Assembly: GCA_020184695.1 (NCBI GenBank)
Contig: JAANOX010000267.1
Coordinates: 62,001 to 126,000, forward strand
Direction of reading: 5' to 3'
DNA: 64,000 bases
From: Histomonas meleagridis 2922-C6/04-290x
Taxonomy: Eukaryota > Protista > Parabasalia
The translations under genes were made by a program, and so were the position numbers. Shown here piece by piece: positions 21,801-33,575 of the stretch (positions within the stretch are counted from its first letter, which is position 1; the number at the start of each line of letters is the position of its first letter). The notes below the pieces were generated by a model. It saw only the letters and a list, made by a program, of their open reading frames with translations. It was not told where the DNA came from and did not search any database.

Positions 21801-23654
21801 TTAAATTTTATATACAGTTAAGAGCATATCCTCATATCCTTCATCTGATGAAGATGATGATGAACTTGGTTCTTTTGGCCTCTTTTCTGGCATTGGCAAA
21901 TTGAACGTTGTTAGCTCGAAATCGTATGTTTCATCGCCCTTCAGTGTGCTCGATTTCTTCTTCTTGTCATTAGGCTCGCTCTTTTTCTTGTGTACCTTCA
22001 GTGAATTTGATTTAGATTGGTCAATTGGCTTCAACTTTTTACCTTTTTGATTGATCTTTGATGGCGCTGCAATTGGACTTTTCTGTGGCTTTCTTGGCGA
22101 TGTAGTTTGTTTAGGAGATGGGAATGAGTTGAGTTGTTTGTCTAAATCAAGATTAGGAACCCATTTCTTTTGGTTATTTGCAGTATTTAATAGGAAATTC
22201 ATTACACTTGAAAGTTCAAGTTTGTGACCTTTGATAAACTGTAACAGATCAGGAGGCATGTCATCATTTGCTTGAACTGCAGAAAGAGATAACATTGGAA
22301 TTAGATAATTAAGTGTTTGAAGATATAATTGTCTTACTTTCGCAATGTAATTGGAAGATCCAAGAAGATACATTGATGTAAGAATAGAGGATGGTTGGTC
22401 TTTACATAATTTTTTAATATTTTCATTTCCTACAATCGATTTAGAATCTGTGGACGATAGAAAAACCGATAGAGCCGATATGATATTTGACTTGGACGAT
22501 AGAGCGGTTAATATGTCGAGCGAATTCTGTTTGTTGATTGTTGCATATGTAAGTAATTTATGGGCAATATTACATTCAAAGTAAATGTTTTGAACACTTT
22601 TAAGAAGGTTTAGAATGGTATTTTTAGTTTTTTCATTGATCTCAAGGAATGAAAATGAAGCGCATACTACAAATGACATAAGTTCTTTAGTTTGTGCATC
22701 TGTATGTTGCATATTGAACAAAGCTGCAATTGATTCTACTGAATTTTGATATTGATTTAAAATAAGTTTTTTTACAATTGATTTTTGCGCATTAAGTTGC
22801 ATTTCATCAAAAACAAGTTGAACTCCAAGTAATGGAATCTCGCGCTTGTTGCTTATGAGGAGCGGAATTTGGTTGGCGAATGAACTTTTGAACGAATGAT
22901 TTGATTTGTAAAGTTTCGAGAAAAGTTCATAAGCAAAAGCTTCATCGCTAGGGAACTTATTATCAATGTTGAGCTTACGCATCAAAAAGAAAGAAAACGC
23001 ATCGAATAATGGATCATTGCGTGGAATGATTTCAGATAGGAAAAGTTTGGAAATTGTATCAATAGAATCATCAGATGGGTTACATTCAAGGCTGCCGAAG
23101 TATGGTGCTAAAGTGGATGAAATTATTTTTGGATCTTGAGAATTACAAATTTGATTGATTAAATTTGGATGTTTTTTGAACAGTTGTGTAAGTACGATCC
23201 TTGAGTTAGGTATTGATGTTATTGACTTTGCAAATGGAATCAAGTTTGTTTGAGGAATAATTTGAATGATGTATTCATTAATAATTGGATCGTTTAACTT
23301 ACTAATAATATCAATATAAAAAGAAGTGTCAGCATTGCGAGGAACTACTGGAGCTAAGCTTGATTTGTCGAAATTATATGGGAATTTCGTATTTTGCAAT
23401 AAATTTTTCCAAAATGTTTTCAATGTTTGCAAAGGTAATTCAGATGGAATTTGTTGCAACTTTAAATTTGTAAATTGAGAAGATAGATAACTTAAAGCAA
23501 TGGTAGAAAATGGTGGTTCTTGTGTACAAAGAATTAATATTGATACAGAAATTTTGATATCCGAATTAGGAAGAGAGGAAAACTTTCCCTTGAACTCTCT
23601 TGCTGATTTCTTTGATGCCATTTCCAATAAATTGATATTATCGGCGGAAAACAT
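21801..23654 (-). CDS. Hypothetical protein, helical, with K/S-rich C-terminus
   Basis: 617-aa ORF; no family recognised. Confidence 0.7.
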   Translation of the reverse strand: MFSADNINLLEMASKKSAREFKGKFSSLPNSDIKISVSILILCTQEPPFSTIALSYLSSQFTNLKLQQIPSELPLQTLKTFWKNLLQNTKFPYNFDKSSLAPVVPRNADTSFYIDIISKLNDPIINEYIIQIIPQTNLIPFAKSITSIPNSRIVLTQLFKKHPNLINQICNSQDPKIISSTLAPYFGSLECNPSDDSIDTISKLFLSEIIPRNDPLFDAFSFFLMRKLNIDNKFPSDEAFAYELFSKLYKSNHSFKSSFANQIPLLISNKREIPLLGVQLVFDEMQLNAQKSIVKKLILNQYQNSVESIAALFNMQHTDAQTKELMSFVVCASFSFLEINEKTKNTILNLLKSVQNIYFECNIAHKLLTYATINKQNSLDILTALSSKSNIISALSVFLSSTDSKSIVGNENIKKLCKDQPSSILTSMYLLGSSNYIAKVRQLYLQTLNYLIPMLSLSAVQANDDMPPDLLQFIKGHKLELSSVMNFLLNTANNQKKWVPNLDLDKQLNSFPSPKQTTSPRKPQKSPIAAPSKINQKGKKLKPIDQSKSNSLKVHKKKSEPNDKKKKSSTLKGDETYDFELTTFNLPMPEKRPKEPSSSSSSSDEGYEDMLLTVYKI

Positions 23655-23767
23655 TTTTTGCCGTTTTTTATTTTATAACGTAAACAGAAATAGAATACTT
23701 TACATAACCCATTTTTGTGAAAACTCGAATTTTTAGTAAACTATTTAATCCAATTTTCATTTCAAAG

Positions 23768-26650
23768 GTGGATTACCGCTGTGCATTATTTTCTCTTTAT
23801 CCATCTTCTAAAATACATTATGCAACTTTTTGCAAAAAGCTTGATGGAGAAAATGATTATATTGTAATTTCACGTGGAAATATTTTACAATTTTATGAAA
23901 TCCAAAATTCAAATTTTATCCAAAAATATGAATATTCTATATTTGGTAGTTGTTATCATATAAATTCTATTTATGTACAATCCAAAAATAAATCTATTTT
24001 ATTAATTGCTCTTTCCAATTTAAAATTTTGTTTACTTGAAATGAACAATGGAATATTTTCCACAATCCAAAATGGCGATTTATATTCATCTTTAGGAACT
24101 ACACTTGAGCCGACATTTAAAACACAAACATATAAAAATCATTTCTTCATACAAACATCACATGAAGTAATTCAGCAATATTTAATTTTGGACAATATTC
24201 AACTTTCAATTCGGAAAAATTTGTTTTTTTCCACAAGTTATATCATTGATTTCCAAATATTATATGAAGCTAATGATTCGATTTTTATTATAGTTTTAAT
24301 AAATGAATTATTAGATAATACATTAATTCAAATCTGGAAAATTAATGAAGATCAAACATTAGTTATTGAACATGAAACACCTAAAAATTCACAAAAAATT
24401 TGTTTAGTTAATCAAAACAATTTTTTTGTATTTTGTTCGAATAAAATTATTTCATTTACATATGAAAATGAAATATTAAATAGAAATGAAGAAATTAATT
24501 TTAGTTTTGATTTTGTATTTAATGATATTAAATTTGTTTCAAATCAAATAATTTGTATTACAAATTATAAAGAAATTTTATGTTTTAAAAATAAAGAATT
24601 GATTAAAATTAATGAAAATTTAAATTCTTTTTTAATTATTCCAATTAATGAATTTGAGATTTTATTTTTGTCATATTATGATGAATCAATTTTAATAAAT
24701 TTAAATACAAATTATTCAAAAGTTGTAATTTCTTCTCGTGGACCAATTCATAAATTTATAAAATTAAATGAGAATAGAATTTTTGGACTTTGTTCATCAA
24801 AACATTTAGTTGATATTCAAAACGTTTTACAATTTAAAGAAATAATTCGAATTCAAACAACAAATTTATCAAATGTTTGGTTTTATAATGATTCAACATT
24901 ACTTATAACTAATGAAGGTCAAACGAATTTAATACATTTTGATATACATTTGAATTCTTGTGATTTAATTAACACAGAAATAAATGAAACGAATGAAACC
25001 ATTTATTTCCATATTTACGAAGAAAATTTTATTCAAATTACAACTAATTCTATTTTAACTAAAACAATTTCATTAAACTTCGATCAAGTTATTACATGTG
25101 GATCATCTTCAATAGATAATATTATAATATGTCAAAATAATAAATTAATTTCAATTTATAATTATAATGGTGAAATATTAAATCAAATTTTATTTTTTGT
25201 TACTATTCATTGTATATCATTAAATGATTCATTAATAGTTCTTTCTTCATGGGAAACATCGACAATTTATATTTGTTCGATAAATGATTTTTCTTTAATT
25301 AAAGAATATTCAAATGTTTCACTTATTGATATAATTTCATATAATAATTTCTTTATAGGAATTGAGACAAATGATTTTTATTATTGTTTTGATATAAATA
25401 ATATTAATAAAAATCGATGTGAAGGAACGCATAAACGAATTGTTGAATTATATAATAATGATTTAATGATTATTGGAGAAAATAATTATATTTTACATGA
25501 ATTAAATTTAATGAAAACAAATATTCCAAATTGTTATTTTGCTGATTCATTTAATAATTTATTTGCGATAATAAATTCAAATGAAATTATAATGTATAAA
25601 ATTCTACAACCTGTTTATACTATAAATGAATATAAATTTGATTTTGTTTTTCTTGATATAATACAAACTTCAAATTCAAATTATTTCGTAATTATAAAAA
25701 ATGAATTTGGTCAAAAATTATTTAAAACTGAAAACATTTTTGATTTTAAATCATATCAATTCGTTACTGAACTAAAATATGAGAAATTAAATAATCAATT
25801 AATACTATTTAAAAATTATTTATTTGTGTTGAATGATAATAAAATTATTTCATTTAATGAAGAATTAGTTCAATGTTTAATTTTTAATACAGAAAAAATA
25901 ATTTTAGGAATAATTCAACTTCAAAATGTTTTTGTTATTATATTTTCTGATTCTATTTCATTATTTGATCTTGATATTATATCGAAGACATCTTTACTAT
26001 TAAAAGAATTAAATAATTTTGAAGTTGGTTGTAATATTAAATGTTTTTCTAATTATCAAAATAAAATAATTATTGGAGATTATTACGATTCGATTAAAGT
26101 TTATGAAATTAATAATTATGAAATAAAAGAAATTGCTCGTGAATGTCATGAAATTGATGTTGAAAATTGTGCTATTTATAATGAGTATAATTTATTTTGT
26201 GTTGATCATTTAAGTTATTTATATCATATGATAATTGATAATAATAGTTTTAATTATATAAGTAAACAAATTAAAATTATTTCTGTGTATGATATTTCTT
26301 CTTGTTCTTTGTCTGTTTTTAATAATAATGACGGATTATTTATTGGAATGGAATTTGGTGATATTATCTTTATTAAATTGATCGAAATTGATGCAAAAAT
26401 TTTTGAGTTTCTTCAAAATGAATTTGAATCAATTGGAAAATTTAATCAACAAAATACTGCAAATGCAAAAATTGGTAACTTTGAATTTATTAATATCTCT
26501 TTTGTCAATATGAAATTAGCAGAATATTTCATGAAGTTAAAGAAAGAAGAAAAATTGAAAATAACCCAAAAATATGATTTAGATTTGGAAAGTTGTGAAG
26601 AGTATCTAAGAAACCTGTTTGGTAATTGTAATATATTATTAGATGAATAA
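23768..26650 (+). CDS. Divergent DDB1/SF3B3/CPSF1-type multi-beta-propeller protein; candidate GTG start
   Basis: N-terminal SLYPSS..HY..FC....ENDYIVISRGN.LQFYEI and C-terminal IIIGDYYDSIKVY..IARE. The first in-frame ATG lies well inside the propeller. Confidence 0.6.
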   Translation: MDYRCALFSLYPSSKIHYATFCKKLDGENDYIVISRGNILQFYEIQNSNFIQKYEYSIFGSCYHINSIYVQSKNKSILLIALSNLKFCLLEMNNGIFSTIQNGDLYSSLGTTLEPTFKTQTYKNHFFIQTSHEVIQQYLILDNIQLSIRKNLFFSTSYIIDFQILYEANDSIFIIVLINELLDNTLIQIWKINEDQTLVIEHETPKNSQKICLVNQNNFFVFCSNKIISFTYENEILNRNEEINFSFDFVFNDIKFVSNQIICITNYKEILCFKNKELIKINENLNSFLIIPINEFEILFLSYYDESILINLNTNYSKVVISSRGPIHKFIKLNENRIFGLCSSKHLVDIQNVLQFKEIIRIQTTNLSNVWFYNDSTLLITNEGQTNLIHFDIHLNSCDLINTEINETNETIYFHIYEENFIQITTNSILTKTISLNFDQVITCGSSSIDNIIICQNNKLISIYNYNGEILNQILFFVTIHCISLNDSLIVLSSWETSTIYICSINDFSLIKEYSNVSLIDIISYNNFFIGIETNDFYYCFDINNINKNRCEGTHKRIVELYNNDLMIIGENNYILHELNLMKTNIPNCYFADSFNNLFAIINSNEIIMYKILQPVYTINEYKFDFVFLDIIQTSNSNYFVIIKNEFGQKLFKTENIFDFKSYQFVTELKYEKLNNQLILFKNYLFVLNDNKIISFNEELVQCLIFNTEKIILGIIQLQNVFVIIFSDSISLFDLDIISKTSLLLKELNNFEVGCNIKCFSNYQNKIIIGDYYDSIKVYEINNYEIKEIARECHEIDVENCAIYNEYNLFCVDHLSYLYHMIIDNNSFNYISKQIKIISVYDISSCSLSVFNNNDGLFIGMEFGDIIFIKLIEIDAKIFEFLQNEFESIGKFNQQNTANAKIGNFEFINISFVNMKLAEYFMKLKKEEKLKITQKYDLDLESCEEYLRNLFGNCNILLDE

Positions 26651-26888
26651 AAGTTTTTACATGTAAATTATGTATATTTTTTAATAGATGTGATATAATC
26701 AATTAAATTAATCTTTAAATATTTCTGTTTCTTCTTTTATGCAACAGCTATTGATTTCAAAACATTAAAATTTAAAATAACATTTCCCGCAAAAGCTATA
26801 AATTATAATCTTCTTACCACATTAACTTACAAACAATATTTTCATTTATTTAAAAAATATTTATAAAATTTCATATAAATAACTTTAT

Positions 26889-27956
26889 TTAATCCATGTA
26901 ATGATCCATTTGGTGTTTCTTCACATACATATAACCATAACAAAATATTCCGAATGATGCAAATATAACAAACAAGCACGTCGGCAAGTTAATAAATGTC
27001 AACGTGCCAAACGCGCCGCGTGCAAGCAAAGTGATCAGTGCCATCACTCCGCAGTCGGTTATCAAAAAGTAAATATCGAATTTGAATAGGTTCAAAATGA
27101 CAACGTTTACAACGCGGAGAACATAAACAGCGATTCTCGTGAATTTGGCCTGCTTGTTAAGGAGCTCAGGAACTGTTAATAACCCAGATCCAACGTAATG
27201 GTAAGAAAGTCGGTTTTTGTCATTTCGAATTATATTTGTGCCATTTTTGAAGCCTAAAACAGTTACCTTCTGTGGATTGAACGTGTTGAATTGTACATAG
27301 ACATCACCTGGAGTACACCACCATGATCTCATGGAAGATCTCATATCTTCAATCGATTTATAGGTATATGGACTAAAGAATGTACCTCCACCAATGTAAC
27401 GGAAATTCTCTTCCCTGAAGGCTTTGGATTTCTCAAAGGCTTTGATTTGTTCTTGTGGTAAATGGAATAAATTTGTACTGCCAAGATCTGATAAAAGACT
27501 TTCATTAATAGTATAATCACCAATGGAAAAACTCTTAATGTAATTTGGTTGTTTGAAATTCTTTCTTGTTGGGTTTGAATAAAGATACCACTTTTTAAAA
27601 GATATTGAGGAAATTTGATATGAATACCAGCCTTTGGAGTAAGTACATTCTTGGCGCTCAACACCATGGCTATCTTTTTTAATATAACATGATTCTTCGT
27701 ATTGACAATATTGCACCTTTCTGGAAAGTCGAGCAGTATCCGCCTGTATATTGAAATAACTGTCGTATATTGGATAGTATTTTGGATGTTTTGAAGATAA
27801 ATGAACAATTGCATTGTCAATATCTGGATTATAATGCTTAGAAATATGGTAATATTCTGTTAAAACTTCATGTGAAAGTTTGGTACGCCTTTCATATCGC
27901 ACCTCGAACAGGAAATAAATGAACCAAAAGAAACCGTGTACATACAAAACATTCAT
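26889..27956 (-). CDS. TMEM43/LUMA-like (DUF1625) membrane protein
   Basis: L.RKVQYCQYEE, Y..GW....I.S.SF...NP, PGDV.V.F, and C-terminal TM helices. Confidence 0.65.
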   Translation of the reverse strand: MNVLYVHGFFWFIYFLFEVRYERRTKLSHEVLTEYYHISKHYNPDIDNAIVHLSSKHPKYYPIYDSYFNIQADTARLSRKVQYCQYEESCYIKKDSHGVERQECTYSKGWYSYQISSISFKKWYLYSNPTRKNFKQPNYIKSFSIGDYTINESLLSDLGSTNLFHLPQEQIKAFEKSKAFREENFRYIGGGTFFSPYTYKSIEDMRSSMRSWWCTPGDVYVQFNTFNPQKVTVLGFKNGTNIIRNDKNRLSYHYVGSGLLTVPELLNKQAKFTRIAVYVLRVVNVVILNLFKFDIYFLITDCGVMALITLLARGAFGTLTFINLPTCLFVIFASFGIFCYGYMYVKKHQMDHYMD

Positions 27957-28225
27957 TTGCACGATTAATTGCCACTTTTCCCAAAAATCGATTTAAATTT
28001 TATCCGAACAAATAAAGAAATCATCTATTATAACCATTTCCTATGCTAAAATAAAAATGCGCATGGAAGCTAGATAAAAAGAATTTCACAAGATCAAAAA
28101 ATTTTCGAATTACACAATAATTACATAAAATTAATTCCTTGTTTAAAATGAAATAAACAATAAAAAAGAGTATTTGGACTCAAACATTTAGTTTTAATTC
28201 ACTTAAAGAATACAAATACACAAAA

Positions 28226-29125
28226 TTAATCGTCTTGATCTGTACCAGATGCTGTACCATATTCATTTTGTGTGTCATATTCAGCTGTGTTTTCCTCTTC
28301 TTCTCCGGAAGATTCATCAAATGAAACTTCGTCGGATTCAGATTCGGTTGAAGTTGGATTTGATTCCGAATCGTACGAAACGAATTCGAATCTTTTTTTA
28401 TCACTTCGCGAATCTTCAGAACTCAGATATTGATCAACGGATGCAATACCTTTCTTAGCCAAAAGTTCGCGCACCTTCTGATAGGTAACCTGCGAAAATT
28501 TGGCGATATTTATTCGGATGGTTTCGCTATCAGATTTCGGTGGAAATTTTTGTGGCTGATAACGTTGGACAATATCAACAATTTCGCTGGCTGATTCGTC
28601 TGTTGGAAGGTATTCAAGCTTCCGACAGAGATCAATAGCTTGATTCCGAGAAATTATACTTCTTAATTTTCGAAACTCTAAAAGTGATGGTGGAGATGGG
28701 AAATCAAGAACGTCCTCTTGATTGGCAAGCATTTCTTGGAATTCTTCTATGTTGTTTGGGATGAGTTGAATCTGAGATAAAAAATCTTCAAAATCTGTGT
28801 CGTATTTTCCCTTCCAATCTGTTGGATTTAGTTTTATGGACTTAATGTCAGATAATATGGCTTGAAATATTGTTTGAAGAGAAAGGGCAAGTGATGATTC
28901 TGGATCAAAATTTTGTATAAACTTTGCGAATTTACTTTCAAACGCTGATATAAATTCGGCTGGAGAAGGAAATTTATTGTTTTCTAAGTAATCGATCCAA
29001 GATGTAAAATCAAAAAAAAATTCAGAACCTTTTGTTTGATTTAAATAATGTTGAACAAAAATCCCTAGGTTGCTGTCTAGATTCATTTGGAAACATGTTA
29101 TTGCCTTTTTCTTGAAGAGTTCCAT
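28226..29125 (-). CDS. Degenerate bromodomain plus extra-terminal (NET)-like protein
   Basis: I..YLENNK.FPSPAEF segment, L..KLE.LP.D....IVDIVQ.YQP...I.INI segment, and an acidic tail. Confidence 0.55.
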   Translation of the reverse strand: MELFKKKAITCFQMNLDSNLGIFVQHYLNQTKGSEFFFDFTSWIDYLENNKFPSPAEFISAFESKFAKFIQNFDPESSLALSLQTIFQAILSDIKSIKLNPTDWKGKYDTDFEDFLSQIQLIPNNIEEFQEMLANQEDVLDFPSPPSLLEFRKLRSIISRNQAIDLCRKLEYLPTDESASEIVDIVQRYQPQKFPPKSDSETIRINIAKFSQVTYQKVRELLAKKGIASVDQYLSSEDSRSDKKRFEFVSYDSESNPTSTESESDEVSFDESSGEEEENTAEYDTQNEYGTASGTDQDD

Positions 29126-30115
29126 ATAAATGCTGTCAACCCTGATTCCAATCTGCGCCGGTTATTCCGTTGTATTGTTATCAAAATTGTGTTGTGGCGG
29201 TTTACATTGAGTTGGATCCAAAACCGCGCTAACGCAGAAATTAAAATGTTGAAAAACAAAATATTAAAATGCGCTCATTCAATTTTTACAGATGACAAAG
29301 ATCTAGGGAACTAGTATAAGCAATGCCTTATTAAAGAACAAAAAAAAGATTAAAATTAGAAAACATTTTGTAATTTACCTAAATTATGGTACTTATATTA
29401 TTACCAACAGACTTCTTACAACAACTCATTGTGATAAAATGTTTTTGTTCAAAAATTTGTTGCATATATTGTGATACTATCTATAACAACGGTTCAAATA
29501 AAAATACTATATGTACGGAATATAAGCATCAAAGGCGCTTGCGTTATGCTAAAAATACAGATGAATTTAAGTATAAAAAGTATTACAAGTTTTTTAAAAT
29601 AAAATCCTCTTTTTTTATAATTGTTTTTCTTCACGTGCTTTGTTAAAATAACTGGTTATAATTTTACCCATCCTAATAAGTGTTCATAAAATATATGTTG
29701 AAATCTTGAATTGATCTTAATGTTTCATAAAAACATTTAACTGAGTGAATTATTTTTCCAATAATAATATTCTTCTTGATAAAATCAAAGCTGGAACACT
29801 TTGTGAGTTAGGGAAAAAATAATTTATTTGGGTTGCAAAAGATTCTAAGCTTTATTCTTTCAATGTCAAATAAACTATTCAAAAAAATCATCTTTACAAA
29901 TTTTATTAAAAGGTACTTTTTAAGATTGGTGTGAAATTGTTTGTTAATAAACATCATTTTCCAATATTGGAAAATTATAAAAATACAAAAAACCAAAAGA
30001 AGTTTTTCGTCTTTTAATAAAACGTGCCTTAATTAAAACAAATTTCTCATTCGTGCAAACACAGCGTTTTATTATACTCGTAATTATATCAAACAGTTGT
30101 TTATTCACCTTTCAT

Positions 30116-30760
30116 CTAATCAGATGTGAAGGATTCATATTCAGATGATTCAGATTCGTCTGAATTTGCCACAAAAAATAGATCTGTTTTGATTCGCTGG
30201 TTTTTCATTATCTTTTTTGAATCGTTTTGGAACATCCTTGAAATAGGTTCTTCAACATCATCTGGTTTTGCAAAACCAACTTGGATAAATTTGTTATTGA
30301 ACACGCTCTTTTTCGATACCACAGCAAGGTATGCTGCTTTGATTGTTGCAAATTCGATCAGAGCAAACATTTCATCTCTTACTACTTGAATTCCTACCAC
30401 TTGGCCAAATGTCTTGAAATAATTAAAAAGCCTAGAAACAGTGTTCAGGTTTGGTTCTAGTCCAAGAACATAAACGATATAACGCTCTCGAGTAACATTT
30501 TTTCTTAAAATTTGATAGTCAGTAGTCTTTTCAAATGTTTTGATGTATTCGTAAAGGGATTGAGAAAAAATCTGAGAGTATTTTTCTCCTAAAAAATCTT
30601 TTGTCTCAGAAGCTAATGTATCCATAGTGGTATCCTTATTCTTTAATAAGCTTAGGACAAATTGGTTAAATATTGGAACATTAGTTAAAATGTGGTTTTT
30701 CTTGGTAAATTGTAGGATCCATTTTTTAATTGAATTAGCTTGGATCTCGGAAATTTCCAT
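30116..30760 (-). CDS. PWI + RRM protein (RBM26/27-like)
   Basis: PWI-like N-terminus and RRM YFKTFGQVV..ALIEFAT..AA..A....VFNNKFIQV. Inr-like TCACATT lies just upstream of ATG 30760. Confidence 0.75.
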   Translation of the reverse strand: MEISEIQANSIKKWILQFTKKNHILTNVPIFNQFVLSLLKNKDTTMDTLASETKDFLGEKYSQIFSQSLYEYIKTFEKTTDYQILRKNVTRERYIVYVLGLEPNLNTVSRLFNYFKTFGQVVGIQVVRDEMFALIEFATIKAAYLAVVSKKSVFNNKFIQVGFAKPDDVEEPISRMFQNDSKKIMKNQRIKTDLFFVANSDESESSEYESFTSD

Positions 30761-31175
30761 ATGTAATGTGACATTTAATTTATAATTCAATTTTTAATGA
30801 CAATATTTTTTATATAGAATTTTTTCACTAGACTTGAGTGACCACTCAAAGCCACGTCAAACTTGCAAGGGCTTAAGATATCATTAAATTTGAATAAAGA
30901 AATAAACAAACTTTTAATTTGTAAGTGTTTCTTCATAAAACCAAATATGAACAAAAATCAACATTATTCAAAAATTGCAACACAGAGTTTACTTTTGGTG
31001 AATTGGGTAACCGTTTAAATTATTTTTGGGAACAACTCAACTTTTTGTGTTGTTTATATAGACACTTTTTGACCTGGCAAAAATTAAGAATAGAAATTTT
31101 TCTTTAAAAAACGCATGTTTTAGAGATTTGTTCACTGATTCAGTTGATATATTATATAATATATATTTTTTTTTA

Positions 31176-32480
31176 TCACAAGGTTGCTGTATAATTCATT
31201 TCATTATAGTATATATTTCTTGCAAGTCCATAGATTTCATCATCTTCCGAATCTTGAAGCACATTAATTTCATCCATTAACATTCCGTTTTCGAACACCA
31301 TCTGGAGCAGCTCTCTAATGTTTCCAGTTTCTGCCACATTAATCAAATTGGAAATTGCATCTAGTGCAACAATTTGCACAGACTTCTTCAACGAAGACAG
31401 CGAGCACCCCAAAATATCCAAAAACCCTTTGGACACCAAACATTGCAATATTGCAATATTTGAAGAACAACATAATCTACACAAAACTCTCAGTCCCTCA
31501 TTTTTCACATTAAAATCAATATTCTGAATTATGAATAAAATTGGATCTATTAATCCCGTTTCTGCGATCACCTTTCGGCCATCTTCAGAACGGGCCAAAT
31601 AATAAAAGTATAGAAAAATTTGAGTGTATAACTTCTGCTCTTTCAAATTCAGTGAATCCAAAACAAATGGCCAAACAGGGGTCCCCGTGAACTGCAGCGC
31701 GAGGATTCGGTCGTTTTCGATCAACTCGCAAGCTAAACGAAGCATTGCATGTCTTTTTGATATTCTCCGAGTTTGGGTTTGAAAGATTTGCATGAAATAT
31801 TGTGAATTAATTATATGTAATCGATATGCTGGTGAAAAACGACTAATAACACGGATAGTATCAATAGCACGTATCTGCCGATCTGAGTGACGTTGTATGG
31901 TAACGGAAAATTCGAGAATTCTGTCAATAAATGGGGCCATTAATTCTTGTAATTCTGCATAACTCATAAAAACTTTGGAAAAAGATAATACATACTTTGA
32001 CAACATATCCCCTTTTTTGAGATGCTCGCCAAGGAAGTTACAAATTCCAAGTTCAATAAGTCGAGCTGATATTGATAAATCCATTTTGGCAATTTCAATC
32101 AAAATTTGAATGGCACGCGTTTGTGGAAGCATTGAGTATATTATGTCAATGAAGTTAGGCGGGGCCATGTTGAATAATATTTCTTTTCCAAATTTAACAT
32201 AGATAAGTATAATTGAAAGTGCTTTGTTTCGAAGGCCACTTTGAGTTTGTGCAAGAGTAAACTCCATTAAAAATGCAAAGCGTTGTCTATCCAAGAGAAA
32301 ACGTTCTCGTGGAATAATTTTACGAAATGATCTTAATAATTCCCGTTGATTTTCTTGTGGATCAGCAAGACGATCAAAATCTTCAAGAAACATGAACTCC
32401 GGAATAACGCATGATTCAAAGTATGTTTCTTTTGGTTTTTGGAAAACTGAGGGAACTGTGGGTGCCTGTTTCTCCAGCAT
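31176..32480 (-). CDS. ARM/HEAT-repeat protein
   Basis: Helical repeats, with importin-alpha-like C-terminal segments (KNEGLRVLC, VQIVALDAISNL). Confidence 0.65.
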   Translation of the reverse strand: MLEKQAPTVPSVFQKPKETYFESCVIPEFMFLEDFDRLADPQENQRELLRSFRKIIPRERFLLDRQRFAFLMEFTLAQTQSGLRNKALSIILIYVKFGKEILFNMAPPNFIDIIYSMLPQTRAIQILIEIAKMDLSISARLIELGICNFLGEHLKKGDMLSKYVLSFSKVFMSYAELQELMAPFIDRILEFSVTIQRHSDRQIRAIDTIRVISRFSPAYRLHIINSQYFMQIFQTQTRRISKRHAMLRLACELIENDRILALQFTGTPVWPFVLDSLNLKEQKLYTQIFLYFYYLARSEDGRKVIAETGLIDPILFIIQNIDFNVKNEGLRVLCRLCCSSNIAILQCLVSKGFLDILGCSLSSLKKSVQIVALDAISNLINVAETGNIRELLQMVFENGMLMDEINVLQDSEDDEIYGLARNIYYNEMNYTATL

Positions 32481-32759
32481 TTAATCGACCGTTTATCAGA
32501 GGCCGTTTATCATTTGGCATGGAAAAACAACAAATGAAAAATGGAAAATGATTTTGCCAATAAAGAAGATAATTTTTGATTTAAATGAATATAATATTGT
32601 TCAATAAGTAGATTTCATGATTGATAATTTTGATGATATTCACTCAGAATATTTTTATACAATGATTAATCATCGAATGATATACTTATTATTTGTGATT
32701 AGAAAAAATGATATAAATGTATATTTAAATTTTTTACATGAAATCGAAATAAAAAATAA

Positions 32760-33280
32760 AAATAAACCTAATATTTTTGATGATATTAATGCTAAAGATA
32801 TTTATTTATTAAATTTTTATTTCAAAATAATATTTGGAAATTCTTCAATTTATTTGATACAGCATTTATTTATGCATATGAAAATGGTAAAACAGAAATA
32901 GTCAAATTACTTCTTGAGCATCAAGGCATTGATATCGATGCCAGAAATATTTTTTCATGAAAAATATGTATTGTAATTAAAATAATTTAATTGTCATTAA
33001 AGTTCATATTTACAATTTGATATTTTAAAATTTTGTATGGGGTTTATATGTTTTGTTTGATACAGCACTTATGCTAGCACCTAAAAATAAACATGTCGAA
33101 ATGGTTGAATTAATTAAAGCAAAATAAGCTGCAAAATATTCAAATGATACTAAAAAAATTTCGAATCAGAATAATATAAAAAGAAAAATTTCTAATTTTT
33201 GAAACAACACTTATAATTGCAGCTTTTAATGATCAAAATGATATTGTTAAATTAACCACCAAATTTTCAAGAAATTAATC
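32760..33280 (+). pseudogene. Degraded ankyrin-repeat array carrying 17-nt spacers
   Basis: DINAKD...G|17 nt|DTAFIYAYENGKTEIVKLLLEHQGIDIDARN...K|17|D|17|G|17|DTALMLA, followed by stops. Confidence 0.65.
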
Positions 33281-33575
33281 CCTCAAAGAAATATTGATAC
33301 ACCTTTTAATCTACTAAGCTACTATTTTAATATATAATTTTTATGTTAAAATAACAAAACTGGGTGAGTATTATTAATTTTTAATGAAGAGTTGAGATTA
33401 AATACAATACCTTCTTGGAGAAATTTTAAAAAATTATCTTGTTCACAAATTTTTATTTTCGTCATACATGTTATAATTATCACTTGCTTTGGAAAATATG
33501 TGATGCTTATCCAAAAGAGAAATGTTTTAATTTTTTTATAACCGTAAAAGTGTTTCGTACACAGAGCCTTTTTTC

